Shown here: one piece after another, positions 28,321 through 40,200 of the stretch | How the letters are laid out: every line of letters starts with the position of its first letter | Numbering within the stretch: the stretch's first letter is position 1 | Source: Gammaproteobacteria bacterium | GTDB taxonomy: Bacteria > Pseudomonadota > Gammaproteobacteria > Eutrophobiales > Eutrophobiaceae | Direction: 5' to 3' | Assembly: GCA_965116495.1 (NCBI GenBank) | Contig: OZ220696.1 | Location: 1,280,001-1,344,000, forward strand | Length of the DNA: 64,000 bases | The notes under the pieces: generated by a model | The model's database searches: none | Told to the model about the DNA's origin: nothing | What the model saw: only the letters and a program-made list of their open reading frames with translations | Translations under genes and position numbers: made by a program

Positions 28321-29163
28321 CTACCCAAACCTCGTCGAAAACCTGAACACCCTGGCGTCGCACACGTCGATGCAGCGGCCGCAGTTTGTGCAGTCGCCAT
28401 GCAGGATAACCGTCGTGTCGGTATCTGCTTCGGGTTTCAGGGCTGGCATGATTACATGGGGTTCCGGGCAGACACGGAAACAGTCGCCGCAGTCGGTACA
28501 TGCGCTGCGCTCGGCGGCGTTCATGCGCGCCAGCGAATGCCTGCCGATGAGGCCGTAGAACGCGCCCACCGGGCACAGGTGGCTGCACCAGCCCCGGCGC
28601 GTGACCACCAGGTCGAACAGGAACACGGCCAGCACGATGACCCAGGCCAGCCCCATCCCGAACACCAGCCCCCGTTGCAGCATGGTGATCGGGTTCACCG
28701 CCTCCCAGGCGATGGTGCCGGTGACGGCCGAAACGACCAATGCTGTGAGCATGATCCAGATGCGCGTCGATTTTTTCACGGACCAGCTTAAATTGAGCTT
28801 CAGCCTGTTCCTCAGGCAGTGCGCAGCATCCGTAACAATGTTGATCGGACAGACCCAGGAACAGTACACCCGGCCGCCGACCAGGAAATAAAAAATCAGG
28901 ATGGCGGTGGCGCCGATGACTGCCGGTTGAGCCACGGCATGGCCGGAAGCGAGGGACTGCAGCAGGATGAACGGGTCGGTGAGGCTGATTTTATCGAGTA
29001 CGACGCTGGAGGCAAGGTTGCCTTTCAACCACCAGATGCCGAACCAGGGGCCGATCAGGAACAGGAACAGGATGGAAAACTGCGACGTCCGGCGCAGTAA
29101 TAACCACTTGTTCCTTTGCCACAGGCCGCGTTCGGCTGTTCCAGCGGGCGCCACTGTGCTCAT
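28321..29163 (-). CDS. napH: Quinol dehydrogenase membrane subunit NapH/MauN
   Basis: GRVYCSWVCP, RGWCSHLCPVG and two CxxCxxCxxxC clusters; ATGA overlap with napG. Confidence 0.92.
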   Translation of the reverse strand: MSTVAPAGTAERGLWQRNKWLLLRRTSQFSILFLFLIGPWFGIWWLKGNLASSVVLDKISLTDPFILLQSLASGHAVAQPAVIGATAILIFYFLVGGRVYCSWVCPINIVTDAAHCLRNRLKLNLSWSVKKSTRIWIMLTALVVSAVTGTIAWEAVNPITMLQRGLVFGMGLAWVIVLAVFLFDLVVTRRGWCSHLCPVGAFYGLIGRHSLARMNAAERSACTDCGDCFRVCPEPHVIMPALKPEADTDTTVILHGDCTNCGRCIDVCDARVFRFSTRFG

Positions 29164-29813
29164 GCGGTCCTGGCGCTGTCGTGTTTGGCAAGGTGCCTTG
29201 GCAATACCTTGATGGAAGCCTCGTCGGTCACGCAACCCTGCTCACACTTCCCGCACCCGGTACAACTCCCGGCGTGTACGGTAGGTTCGAAATAGGTGCG
29301 GGTACCTACCCTTTTCTGCTCCATGGTAATGGCTTCATCCTTGATCGGGCAGGCGATATAGCAGGCCCGGCAATGTGCTATGCCGGTTACGCTGTAACAG
29401 GTGTCCGGACCCGTCAGCACGGCTACGCCCATGTCCGCGTCCCGGATATCCGTGAGTTCCTTGCTCAAGGCATCCGTCGGACACGCCGCAACGCAGGGAA
29501 TGTCCTCGCACATCTCGCAGGGTATGTCCCGGGCTATGAAATAAGGCGTTCCCGTCGCCACTTCGGAGCCGAATTCGGCGAGCTTGAGGGTGTCGTAGGG
29601 GCAATCCCTGACGCACAGGCCGCAGCGTACACAGGCGCCGGGGAAATCCTCTTCCGCAATCGCTCCGGGGGGACGAATGGCCCAGGCCGGCGTGGCAACC
29701 GACTGCTTCGAGTATGAGCCAAGCAACAGGCCCATGATACTCATGGAGCCCACCGTGTGGGCGCACTGGCCGATGAACTGGCGGCGGTTCAGGTTGTTCT
29801 GTTTATTATCCAA
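29160..29813 (-). CDS. napG: Ferredoxin-type protein NapG/MauM
   Basis: Tat motif NRRQFI, IRPPGA, CVRCGLCVRDCP and multiple 4Fe-4S motifs. Confidence 0.92.
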   Translation of the reverse strand: MDNKQNNLNRRQFIGQCAHTVGSMSIMGLLLGSYSKQSVATPAWAIRPPGAIAEEDFPGACVRCGLCVRDCPYDTLKLAEFGSEVATGTPYFIARDIPCEMCEDIPCVAACPTDALSKELTDIRDADMGVAVLTGPDTCYSVTGIAHCRACYIACPIKDEAITMEQKRVGTRTYFEPTVHAGSCTGCGKCEQGCVTDEASIKVLPRHLAKHDSARTA

Positions 29814-29841
29814 ACTGTTTCCTGTTGCCCTGTTAATTTCC

Positions 29842-29909
29842 GGGTTCCGGCCTGCGCCGGAACGACGACCCCTGCGCCGGAACGACGACGCGTGCGCCGG
29901 AACGACGGC
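29842..29909. repeat. REP-like palindrome with tandem partial duplications
   Basis: GGGTTCCGGCCTGCGCCGGAACGACG; TGCGCCGGAACGACG occurs three times at a 20-bp period. Confidence 0.7.
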
Positions 29910-29965
29910 ACCGGTTACATCTCGCTGTCAATTGTACTATACTTCATCCCCACTGTAGTTCTCCG

Positions 29966-30080
29966 TTATCTGAGGAGCGTTGCGACGGGTGCGGCACCAG
30001 TCCGGACCTGCCAGGCTCAGATAAACACGATGAGCAACCTCCGGTTTGTGCGGAGTTTCCATTAACAAACGGCGCTCACT
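29966..30080 (+). ncRNA. SAH (S-adenosylhomocysteine) riboswitch
   Basis: TTATCTGAG/CTCAGATAA P1 stem, GAGGAGCGTTGCGACGG core, CCAGGCTCAG, and pseudoknot partner AACGGCGCTCAC; upstream of metH. Confidence 0.88.
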
Positions 30081-30164
30081 TAAATTGTTGAATAACAAGA
30101 TAAGTGAGGCAGACCGGCTTGATCACTTCCCTGCCCCTTGTCCGGACGTAACTGAATTGACGAC

Positions 30165-33100
30165 ATGGGTGGCGCGACCGAACAACAATTACGCAGCCTG
30201 CTGAAGCAACGCATCCTGTTGCTGGACGGGGCCATGGGCACCATGATCCAGTCCTATGACCTGCAGGAAAGCGATTTTCGCGGCGAACGGTTTGCCGGTC
30301 ACGGTTGTGAACTGAAAGGCAACAACGACCTGCTGACCCTCACGCAACCGGGTATTATCACGGCCATACACGCCGCGTTTCTCGACGCGGGCGCCGATAT
30401 CATCTGCACCAATACCTTCAATTCCAGCGCCATCGCCATGGCTGATTACCAACTGGCAGACCGGGCATACGAATTGAACCGCACCGGCGCCGTGTTGGCC
30501 CGGGACGTTGCCGATGCAAAATCGACACAGGAGAAACCCCGTTTCGTTGCCGGTGTACTGGGTCCGACCAACCGTACCGCCTCCATTTCTCCGGACGTCA
30601 ACCGGCCCGGATTCCGCAACATCAGTTTCGGGGAACTGGCGCAGGCCTACACCACGTCCGTACGGGGACTGGTGGAAGGCGGGGTGGACATCCTGTTGCT
30701 GGAGACCATATTCGATACGCTTAACGCCAAGGCTGCCCTGTTCGCAATCGAGACCTTTTTTGAGGAAAGCGGCCGCCGCTTGCCCCTGATCATCTCCGGC
30801 ACCATCACCGACGCCTCGGGCCGGACCCTTACCGGCCAGACCACTGCCGCGTTCTGGCATTCGGTACGACATGCCAATCCACTCGCAATAGGTCTTAATT
30901 GTGCTTTGGGCGCCAAAGACTTGCGTCAGTATATTCAAGAACTTTCTAATATAGCGGACACCCACGTAAGCATCTACCCCAACGCCGGCCTGCCCAACGA
31001 ATTCGGCGAATACGACGAGACACCCGAATACATGGCCGATGTGCTCGAGGAGTTTGCCGCAAGCGGTTTTCTCAACATCGTCGGCGGTTGTTGCGGCACC
31101 ACCCCCGAACACATCCGCCGTATCCACGAGCAGGTCTGCAGGCGCACCCCCCGGGTTATCCCGGAAATTCCGCCTTATTGCCGTTTGAGCGGCCTTGAGG
31201 CGCTCACCGTTACCGCCGCGGCCAACTTCATCAATATCGGTGAGCGCACCAACGTGGCCGGCTCCCCGAGGTTTCTCAAACTTGTCAAGAACGGCAACCT
31301 GGCCGAAGCCCTGGAAATCGCCCGCCAGCAAGTGGAAAACGGCGCCCAGCTTATCGATGTGTGCATGGATGAGGGCTTGCTGGATTCAGAGCAGTTGATG
31401 CAGGATTTTCTCATGCTGGTTGCCGGCGAACCGGATATCAGCCGGGTACCGGTCATGATCGATTCGTCGCGCTGGTCCGTCATCGAAGCCGGACTGCGTT
31501 GCGTACAGGGCAAGTGCGTAGTGAACTCCATCAGCCTGAAGGAAGGCGAGGAAATCTTCAGGCAGCAGGCGCGCCTGGTCAGGCGCTACGGCGCGGCCGT
31601 CGTCGTGATGTGTTTCGACGAACACGGGCAGGCGGACACCACCGAACGGCGTTTCGCGGTGGCGCAACGTTGCTACCGCATCCTCGTGGACGAGGTCGGT
31701 TTCCCACCGGAAGACATCATCTTCGATCCGAACATCCTCACCGTGGCCACCGGCATGGAGGAACATAACAACTATGCGGTATCGTTTTTTGAAGCCAGCC
31801 GCCTGATCAAGGAACACCTGCCCCGCGCCGCGGTCAGCGGCGGCCTGAGCAACGTGTCATTCTCTTTCCGGGGCAACAATCCCGTGCGCGAGGCAATGCA
31901 CACCGCGTTCCTGTACCACGCGGTCAGGTCGGGGATGGACATGGCGATTGTCAATGCCGGGCAACTGGGCATTTACGATGAGATCCCGCCGGACCTGCTG
32001 CAGCGCGTGGAAGACGTCCTGCTCAACCGCCATCCGGACGCCACCGACCGGTTGGTCGAGTTTGCCGACACCGTCAAGGACAACGGTGACCGTACCAGGA
32101 AAGAGGACGTACAGGCCTGGCGCCGCGAGCGTGTGGAAAAGCGTCTGTCCCATGCCCTGGTAAAGGGGATAGATACCTGGATCGAAGCCGATACGGAACA
32201 AGCCCGGCAGCAGTTCGACCGGCCCCTGCAGGTTATCGAGGGACCGCTGATGGACGGGATGAATGTCGTCGGCGACCTATTCGGCGCCGGCAGGATGTTC
32301 CTGCCCCAGGTGGTCAAGAGCGCCCGGGTCATGAAAAAGGCGGTCGCCTACCTGGTCCCGTACATAGAGGAGGAGAAACAGGGCGCGGCTGCGTCCCGTT
32401 CCCGGGGCAGGATAGTCATGGCCACCGTCAAGGGCGACGTCCATGATATCGGCAAAAACATCGTCGGCGTGGTCCTGCAATGCAACAACTTCGAGATCAT
32501 CGACCTGGGGGTCATGGCGCCGGCGGAAACCATCCTGAAAACGGCGATGGAACACGAAGCCGATCTTATTGGCCTGAGCGGGCTTATCACCCCGTCACTG
32601 GATGAAATGGTGCACGTGGCGGGAGAGATGCAACGACGAGGCTTCGAAATTCCCCTGCTGATCGGCGGCGCCACCACCTCACGCACCCATACGGCAGTGA
32701 AAATAGAACCGCGTTATGCCCCGCCCGTGATCCATGTCAAGGATGCCTCCCGCGCCGTCGGGGTGGCGCAGAGCCTGCTCAGCAAGGACCTGAAAGACGG
32801 TTTCACCAAGCAGGTAAAACAGGACTACGAGACGTTGCGGGAACGGCACAAGGGCAGGCAGGCCGGGATAAAGTGGCTGGCGCTGGCACAAGCCCGCGCA
32901 AACCGCTTGCCGGTCGACTGGCAAGACTATGAACCTCCCGCACCGGAATGGACCGGAGTTCAGTCAGTCGATGATTACTCCCTTGCTGAGCTGCGCGACT
33001 ACATGGACTGGACACCATTCTTCGTCGCCTGGGAACTTGCGGGCCGTTTCCCGCGCATTCTTGACGATGCGACAGTGGGTGCGGAAGCAAGGAAACTGTA

Positions 33101-33863
33101 CGGCGATGCGCGTGAAATGCTCGATAAAATCATCACGGAAAAGTGGTTCGCCGCGCGTGCCGTGTTCGGGCTGTTCCCGGCCAATTCCATCGGCCACGAT
33201 GATATCGAGGTTTACGCAGACCGTGACCGCAATGGACTGCTGTCGGTGTTCCATACCCTGCGCCAACAGACACGGAAACCGCCGGGGCAGAGCAACCTGG
33301 CCCTGGCGGATTTCGTCGCGCCGAAAGAAACCGGGAAACTGGACCATGTAGGCGTGTTTGCCGTGGCAGCCGGGTTCGGGATGGAAGAAAAACTGCGCCG
33401 CTTCGAACAGGACCATGACGACTACCGGGCCATCATGCTGAAAGCCCTGGCCGACCGCCTGGCAGAGGCCCTGGCGGAACGCCTGCACCAGCGCATACGC
33501 AAGGAGTTCTGGGGCTACCAGGAAGCCGAAAACCTGGACAATGATGCGCTCATAGCCGAGAAATACCAGGGGATCCGTCCTGCGCCCGGCTATCCGGCCT
33601 GCCCCGACCACACGGAGAAACCGTTGATCTGGGACCTGCTGAAAGTGGCGGAAAATACCGGAATAACCCTGACGGATAATTACGCCATGTACCCTGCCGC
33701 GGCCGTATGCGGCCTGTATTTCTCCCATCCCCGGGCGCGCTACTTCGGTCTCGGCAAGATCAACCGCGACCAGGTTTCCGACTACGCCCTGAGGAAAGGT
33801 ATGGAACTGCGCCAGGCGGAACGCTGGCTCGGTCCCAGCCTGGGCTACGACCCCGAAACCTAG
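30165..33863 (+). CDS. metH: Cobalamin-dependent methionine synthase
   Basis: [48 protein letters not shown]. Confidence 0.98.
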   Translation: MGGATEQQLRSLLKQRILLLDGAMGTMIQSYDLQESDFRGERFAGHGCELKGNNDLLTLTQPGIITAIHAAFLDAGADIICTNTFNSSAIAMADYQLADRAYELNRTGAVLARDVADAKSTQEKPRFVAGVLGPTNRTASISPDVNRPGFRNISFGELAQAYTTSVRGLVEGGVDILLLETIFDTLNAKAALFAIETFFEESGRRLPLIISGTITDASGRTLTGQTTAAFWHSVRHANPLAIGLNCALGAKDLRQYIQELSNIADTHVSIYPNAGLPNEFGEYDETPEYMADVLEEFAASGFLNIVGGCCGTTPEHIRRIHEQVCRRTPRVIPEIPPYCRLSGLEALTVTAAANFINIGERTNVAGSPRFLKLVKNGNLAEALEIARQQVENGAQLIDVCMDEGLLDSEQLMQDFLMLVAGEPDISRVPVMIDSSRWSVIEAGLRCVQGKCVVNSISLKEGEEIFRQQARLVRRYGAAVVVMCFDEHGQADTTERRFAVAQRCYRILVDEVGFPPEDIIFDPNILTVATGMEEHNNYAVSFFEASRLIKEHLPRAAVSGGLSNVSFSFRGNNPVREAMHTAFLYHAVRSGMDMAIVNAGQLGIYDEIPPDLLQRVEDVLLNRHPDATDRLVEFADTVKDNGDRTRKEDVQAWRRERVEKRLSHALVKGIDTWIEADTEQARQQFDRPLQVIEGPLMDGMNVVGDLFGAGRMFLPQVVKSARVMKKAVAYLVPYIEEEKQGAAASRSRGRIVMATVKGDVHDIGKNIVGVVLQCNNFEIIDLGVMAPAETILKTAMEHEADLIGLSGLITPSLDEMVHVAGEMQRRGFEIPLLIGGATTSRTHTAVKIEPRYAPPVIHVKDASRAVGVAQSLLSKDLKDGFTKQVKQDYETLRERHKGRQAGIKWLALAQARANRLPVDWQDYEPPAPEWTGVQSVDDYSLAELRDYMDWTPFFVAWELAGRFPRILDDATVGAEARKLYGDAREMLDKIITEKWFAARAVFGLFPANSIGHDDIEVYADRDRNGLLSVFHTLRQQTRKPPGQSNLALADFVAPKETGKLDHVGVFAVAAGFGMEEKLRRFEQDHDDYRAIMLKALADRLAEALAERLHQRIRKEFWGYQEAENLDNDALIAEKYQGIRPAPGYPACPDHTEKPLIWDLLKVAENTGITLTDNYAMYPAAAVCGLYFSHPRARYFGLGKINRDQVSDYALRKGMELRQAERWLGPSLGYDPET

Positions 33864-35480
33864 CAGTCTGTCGGACTTAGGGCTGGGATAGAGGTATAAT
33901 AGACGACACGATTTGATGATACCACACGCTGTTCGATAGAGGCTGCTTCGATGGAAAACTTTGTGCAAAGTGACCGTAACCAACCCTACCTGTTACCACC
34001 GGATTTACGCGAGTGGCTACCCGAGGATGACCTGGCGCATTTTGTCGTGGCAGCGGTGGAACGGGTGCCTTTGAGTCAGTTTGTGGTGAACACCCGGGGC
34101 ACGGGGTCGGCACAGTATCACCCGCGTATCATGCTGGCGTTGCTGATTTATTGTTATGCGAACGGTATTTTTTCCTCGCGCCGGATTGAGCGAGCGACGT
34201 ACCGGGATATCGGGGTGCGTTACGTGACGGCGAACACGCACCCGGACCATGACACGATTTGCAAGTTCCGGCGGGAGAACCTTGAGGCGGTACAGGCGGG
34301 TTTTGTGGAGGTGTTATTGCTGGCGAAGGAATTGAAGTTGTTGACGGTGGGCCGGGTGAGTGTGGACGGGACGAAGGTGAAGGCGGCTGCGAGCAAGCGG
34401 CGCAGTATCCGCTATGACCGGGCGGTGGAATTACGCGAGCAGTTGCGGGGTGAGGTCAAGGATTTGCTGGCCGAAGCGGAGCGTGCGGACAGCCAGGACG
34501 CGGCGGACCCGCAGCAGTTGCCGAAGGCGTTGGCGCGGCGGGAGGCGCTGGCGACGCAACTGGATGCGGCCTGCGCACGTCTGGAGCGCCAGGCCAAGGC
34601 GCAAGCGCAGGCGGACCAGGCCGAGTACGAGCGCAAGGTGGCGGCGCGTGAGAAGCGTCGGGGCCGGGCCAAGGGGCACCCTATCAAGCCGCCGGAAGAC
34701 ACCCCGGCGGAGGACACCCAGGTGAACCTGACGGATGCGGACAGTTCCCTGATGCGCAAGAACAAACGCAGTGAGTACCGGCAGGCGTACAATGCGCAGG
34801 CGGTGGTGGATGCGGACGGCAGCCAGTTGGTGCTGGGGACGCGGGTCAGCCAATGCGCCAGCGACCGCAACGAATTGGTCGCTGACATTGACTCGGTGCC
34901 GGCGGCGTTGGGGACCCCTGCCCAGGTGTTGGCGGACAACGGCTATGCGACGGAGACAGAAGTGGCTGCGCTGACCGGTCGGGAGATAGACGTGCTGGTG
35001 GCGGTGGGGACGGAGGACCGGCGCCGGCGGCATGACTTCCGCCCGTTGCCGGACCCGGCGCAGGCGGCCAAGCCCAAGCCGGCGAAAGCGCCCTGGCTGG
35101 TGGCGATGCAAGAGAAGTTATCACAGGCGGACAACCGGGCCAGCTACCGGTTGCGGCAGCAGACCGTGGAGCCGGTGTTCGGTATCATGAAGCAGGCCCT
35201 GGGGTTCCGGCAGTTTCTCCTGCGCGGCCATGAGAAGGTGACCGGTGAGTGGCAGTTACTGGCCCTGGCCTACAACTGTAAACGCCTGCATAACATGCAG
35301 CTGGCCTGATGCAGGGGGCAGTGGGTGTTTACCCGGTCAGGACAGGCGCCTGGTGAGGTCTGTACATCCCCATAATGTACATGTATAGGTTCAGGCAACA
35401 TGCACGTGCGCCTTGCCGCGACAAAAAGACCTGAAAAGTGGTCCGCAAAGATAATCGCAGCGCCCAAGTCCGACAGACTG
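33864..35480 (+). mobile_element. IS1182-family insertion sequence
   Basis: 15-bp terminal inverted repeats CAGTCTGTCGGACTT, flanked by CTAG on both sides (33860-33863 and 35481-35484). Confidence 0.9.
33951..35309 (+). CDS. IS1182-family DDE transposase
   Basis: LLIYCYANGIFSSRRIE, VDGTKV, ADNGY, RQQTVEPVFG. Confidence 0.93.
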   Translation: MENFVQSDRNQPYLLPPDLREWLPEDDLAHFVVAAVERVPLSQFVVNTRGTGSAQYHPRIMLALLIYCYANGIFSSRRIERATYRDIGVRYVTANTHPDHDTICKFRRENLEAVQAGFVEVLLLAKELKLLTVGRVSVDGTKVKAAASKRRSIRYDRAVELREQLRGEVKDLLAEAERADSQDAADPQQLPKALARREALATQLDAACARLERQAKAQAQADQAEYERKVAAREKRRGRAKGHPIKPPEDTPAEDTQVNLTDADSSLMRKNKRSEYRQAYNAQAVVDADGSQLVLGTRVSQCASDRNELVADIDSVPAALGTPAQVLADNGYATETEVAALTGREIDVLVAVGTEDRRRRHDFRPLPDPAQAAKPKPAKAPWLVAMQEKLSQADNRASYRLRQQTVEPVFGIMKQALGFRQFLLRGHEKVTGEWQLLALAYNCKRLHNMQLA

Positions 35481-35483
35481 CTA

Positions 35484-35746
35484 GTACCCTTTCCAGTTAA
35501 TATTGACATGTTCAGCGGGTCGGGAAGCGGTTGAGCGCAAGGCACGCCGCGCCGGGAATGGCGCGTCCTTGCCAAGCGGCGTAACGCCGCGGGCGACCGC
35601 TTCCCGGCCCGCCCGCAGGGAGCGACACAGCAACGCCAATACGGCGTTGCAGCCCTTGACAAGGGCGCGCCATTCTCTACGGGCTGCGCCTTGTCTTGGC
35701 GTTGCCGTGTAGCTCTGAACATGGCAATATTAACTGGAAAGGGTAC
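35484..35746. mobile_element. 263-bp MITE with 32-bp TIRs and TA target duplication
   Basis: GTACCCTTTCCAGTTAATATTG(A/C)CATGTTCAG at both ends (31/32 match), TA on each flank, hairpin-rich interior. Confidence 0.85.
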
Positions 35747-35863
35747 TAACGCAGGGACGCAATTCAATTCCGTCCCCATGGAAAGATTCGCTTGTGCATC
35801 CATGTTAATATCCGTTTATAATTTCGCATAACAGAATAACCGCCGGAAGGAGTCAGACAAACC

Positions 35864-36760
35864 ATGTACCCCGCACCATTCCGTTACCACCGGCCCGGTA
35901 CGCTCGATAGCGCAATCTCGCTTCTGGCGGAACTGGGGGAAGGCGCCAGACCCCTGGCCGGAGGGCAATCGCTCATACCCATCCTGAAGATGCGCATGGA
36001 TGAACCTTCCGACCTGGTGGACATAGGCCGCCTGCCGGAGTTGATGCACATCCGCAAAGAGAAAAACCGTTTCTGTATCGGCGCCCTGGCGACCCATGCC
36101 CGGATTGCCGCGTCCGAGGTTGCCGACGAGATCCCCATTATCCGGGACTGTGCGGCGCGGATTGCCGACCCGCAGGTAAGAGCCCTGGGAACCATCGGCG
36201 GATCGGTCAGCATTGCCGACCCCAGCAGCGACTGGCCGACCCTGCTGCATACCCTGGACGCCGGAGTCGTCTGCAAAGGACCTGGCGGAACCCGCATTGT
36301 GGCGATCCATGATTTCATTACGGACTCCTACACCAACAGCCTGGCCGAGGCGGAACTGGTCACGGAAATCCAGGTGCCCATCCCCCCGGCGCGCAGCGGC
36401 GGCGCATACATCGGTTTCAAGAAAGCCGCCCCGGCCTACCCCGCAGCATCGGTGGGCGTGCAACTGATGTTGACAGTCGGCAATATCTGCCATGACATTC
36501 GCCTGGTACTGGGCGCGGCAGGTCCGACTCCGGTAACATCCGGGAAGGTTGAACAATCGCTCATCGGCCATCCACTCACGAATGAAAAGCTGCAACAAGC
36601 TGCCGAAGCGCTGGTGGAATTATCAGATCCGCCTACTGATGCGCGCGGTTCCGCGGCGTTCAAACGCGTCATCCTGCGTTCATTGTTCATGCGCACCGCG
36701 CATACGGCCTTGCAGAGGGCCAAGGGTGAATCCGTATCCGGGAGTCATGATTATGTCTGA
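35864..36760 (+). CDS. Xanthine dehydrogenase family FAD-binding subunit (CoxM-like)
   Basis: MYPAPFRYHRP, LAGGQSL, IADPQVR..GTIGG. Confidence 0.92.
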   Translation: MYPAPFRYHRPGTLDSAISLLAELGEGARPLAGGQSLIPILKMRMDEPSDLVDIGRLPELMHIRKEKNRFCIGALATHARIAASEVADEIPIIRDCAARIADPQVRALGTIGGSVSIADPSSDWPTLLHTLDAGVVCKGPGGTRIVAIHDFITDSYTNSLAEAELVTEIQVPIPPARSGGAYIGFKKAAPAYPAASVGVQLMLTVGNICHDIRLVLGAAGPTPVTSGKVEQSLIGHPLTNEKLQQAAEALVELSDPPTDARGSAAFKRVILRSLFMRTAHTALQRAKGESVSGSHDYV

Positions 36761-37241
36761 GCCATTACAGTCCGTAACCATTAATGTCAGCGTGAATGGA
36801 AAAGCCTGCCGGCGTGACGTGGAGCCGCGGCAATTACTGGTTGAATTCATTCGTGAGGAACTGCGCCTGACCGGCACGCACATCGGTTGCGACACGAGTT
36901 TCTGCGGGGCCTGTACCGTGCTGCTGGACGGCGCTGCCGTCAAGTCATGCACATTGTTCGCAGTACAGGCCGACGGCGCGCAGATCACCACCGTCGAAGC
37001 GCTGGAGCAGGACGGGCAGATGCATCCGTTGCAGCAGGCATTTTCCGAACATCACGGCCTGCAGTGCGGGTATTGCACACCGGGGATGCTCATGTCGTCC
37101 GTGGCGCTGCTGGCGGAAAACCCGGAGCCGGATACACAGGACATCCGCAAGGCGCTGTCCGGAAACGTCTGCCGCTGCACCGGCTACCAGAACATCATCA
37201 AGTCCGTACAGGCAGCAGCCACGATGTTAAAGGGGGCATAA
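36753..37241 (+). CDS. Xanthine dehydrogenase family [2Fe-2S] subunit (CoxS-like)
   Basis: GCDTSFCGACTV, QCGYCTPG, NVCRCTGY. Confidence 0.93.
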   Translation: MSEPLQSVTINVSVNGKACRRDVEPRQLLVEFIREELRLTGTHIGCDTSFCGACTVLLDGAAVKSCTLFAVQADGAQITTVEALEQDGQMHPLQQAFSEHHGLQCGYCTPGMLMSSVALLAENPEPDTQDIRKALSGNVCRCTGYQNIIKSVQAAATMLKGA

Positions 37242-37244
37242 ACC

Positions 37245-40200
37245 ATGAAAATGTACTTTTCCGGCGAATTCAGTGTAGACCTGCCCAAAGCGGAGGTCTA
37301 CTCGCTGCTATCGGACCCGGAGCAGTTTGCGCCCTTGTTACCGGGTTTCCACAGCATGGAAATGAAAAACGCAAACACCGCCCTCATACGCGCCAGGGTC
37401 GGCATCGGTAGAATCGGCGGTATCGCATCAACGGAATTAAGCCTGGGGGAAACCGAACCACCGCGCCGCGCCGGATACATAGGCAGGGGCAAGCTCATGC
37501 AGGGCGTCTACACCTTGCGCACCTCTTTTGACCTGAGCGACGCCGGCGCCGGCACGCTGATCAGCTGGCAGGGAGAGACACATCTCACGGGCAAAATCCT
37601 GTCCCTGGCAGGCGGCGGTATCCGCGGCTACGCCGAGAAAGAGATCAATAAACTCATTGCCAGCCTGGAGGCGGCGCTCTCCCCCGGGGCCGCGCCGTCG
37701 GAACCCGCTGAGACCGGTGGCTGGTTCAGCCGTATCCTGAGCGGGCTGTCCGGCGTGAGCGACAGCGCAACACCGGCACTGGTTGAAGCGCAAAACACTT
37801 CAGAAGTCTCGGAACAACTGCAGGCCGAGCGCAATGCCGCGCGCATCCGCGCCAACGCAGTGCTCGACGCCCCGCGCCGGGACGCAAAACCCGCCAGGCG
37901 CGAGGATGATCGCCTGGTCAAGGGCAAGGGGTACTTCGTCGACGACTACAGTCCCGCCGGCCTGATGCACATGACCCTGGTGCGTTCGCCTTACGCCCAT
38001 GCCCGCATCGTCGATATCGACGTGTCCAAGGCAGAGGCGCTGCCCGGCGTGGCATGCACCCTCACCGGTAAGGAAGTCATGGCCATGAGCGACCCGTTTA
38101 TCCAGATCGGCGCCGGTGCGCCGCAGAACATTACCGACTACGCCCTGGCAACGGACAAAGCCATTTACCAGGGTGATCCGGTGGTCGCAGTCGTAGCCGA
38201 GTCCATATCCATCGCCGAGGACGCCGCCCAGCTCGTCGAGGTGGTATACGAACCACTGGACGTGGTGCTGGACCCCGAACAGGCGCTGGAAGACAAGGTC
38301 ATCGTCCACGATGAGGCGGGCACCAACGCAACCTTCCAGGGCATCTATGATTATGGCGACGTCGACCAGGCGTTAGCTGACGCGGCCCACGTGGTCAGGA
38401 TTGACAAACTGAACTTCCACCGCTTCGGCAGTACTGCCCTTGAACCCAACGCCTGTGTCGCCACCTGGGACCCCAGGGACGAGATAGATTTATTTTCCAA
38501 TACCATCATGACGGTCCCCCTGGTGTTCCTGGCGCCGGCGCTGCGCGTCAGGATGGACCAGATCCGCCTGCGCACCTACGATATCGGCGGCAGCTTCGGC
38601 AACAAGATCTGCAATTACCCGTACCTGGCCCTGGCCTGCCTGGCCTCGAAAAAATTGAACGGCGCGCCGGTGAAATGGATAGAAACCCGCGCCGGACACA
38701 TGCTGGCGGGAGGGCACGGCAGCGAGCGCGTTTACCTGGATACTGAAGTCGCCCTGGACAGTGACGGCGTTATCACGGCGATCCGGTCGAAACATATCGA
38801 TGATATAGGCGGCTATCCCCGTTACGAACCCCTGGGTTCCGTCATCTGGTCCCAGGTACTGCCCGCGTCCTACAAGCTGCGCAACATCAGCATCGATTTC
38901 AACCAGGTCACCACCAACAAGGGCCCGGCAGCCCCCAACCGCGGCTACTCACGGCTGCCGCATATCTGGTTCATGGAACGGGTGATAGATATCTGCGGGC
39001 ATGAACTCGGTATCCCCGCCGACGAGATACGGCTGAAAAACTATGTAGAGGAGTTTCCGTACGAGACGCCTAACGGCTGTGTTTATGATTCCGGCGATTT
39101 CCCCGCCATGCTCGCCAAGGCCAAGGAAATGGTGGGCTGGGATGCGTGGAAAAAGAAGCAGGCACAAGCCCGGGAGGAAGGCCGGCTGATCGGCATCGGC
39201 ATCGGCACCACCCTTGACTCGGGCACCAATAACTGGGGCCAGGCGCGCTACGTCAACCCCGACGCACCGTTTTCGGGCAATTCCACTGCTGCAACCATAA
39301 AGCTGGACCTGGATGGTTCGGTCGTAGTCAGCCTGGGCACGTTCCCCCAGGGCCAGGGCCATGAAACCACCACGGCGCAGGTAGTGGGTGAAGTGCTGGG
39401 TATCCCGCCTGAACTGGTCCATGTGAAGACGGGCTTTGATTCACTCAATGACAGCCACACCGGCCAGTCCGGCACTTACGCCAGCCAGTTTGCGGTCACC
39501 GGCCTGTCGGCGGCCCACGGCGCCGCGCTCAAACTCAAGGCGGAAATGGCAAAACTGGCCTGTTTCGCCCTGGAAGCGGTGGAAGAAGACCTGGAATACG
39601 GTGTCGGCGACATGGGTCCGCAGGTGGGCGTAAAAGGCACGGACCGGGCGCTCAATTACTGGATGCTGGCCAACTTCATCAACTCGAACAGCGCCACCCT
39701 GCCGGACGAATTACGCGGCCTGTCGCTGAACGCCCGCCACGTCTACATGCCGCCGTTCAAGCTCCCTGACGTTGAGAAAAAGATCGGCAACCTGACCCTT
39801 ACCTACGCCCTGCAACTGCATATCTCCGTGGTCGAAGTCAACCCGGATACCTTCCAGACCAGGATACTGGACTACGCCATCGTCGATGACTGCGGCAAAG
39901 TGATCAATCCCATGATCGTGGAAGGGCAGGTCCACGGCGCGGCAGCCCACGGCATCGGCGCGACGCTGGTCGAAGACATATCCTACGATGCGAGCGGCAA
40001 CGCCATTTCTGGTTCCTTCACTGATTATGCGCCGATCACCATCAGCACCATGCCGGAACTCAAGTGTTCCAACCGGCAATCTCCCTCCCCGTTCACCTTT
40101 CACGGCGCCAAGGGTATGGGTGAAGGGGGCGGCGGCCCCTTGCACTCCCTGTGCGCGGCCCTGCAGGATGCGCTGCACGACAAGGACATCATCATAGAGA

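Noticed and set aside
29853-29909. Short periodic repeats here and at 40292-40345 as a possible CRISPR array
   Set aside because: The units are directly tandem with no unique spacers, they derive from REP arms, and no cas genes are present
35270-35803. 177-aa ORF after the transposase
   Set aside because: It spans the IS end, the MITE and a hairpin, so it is likely a chance open frame
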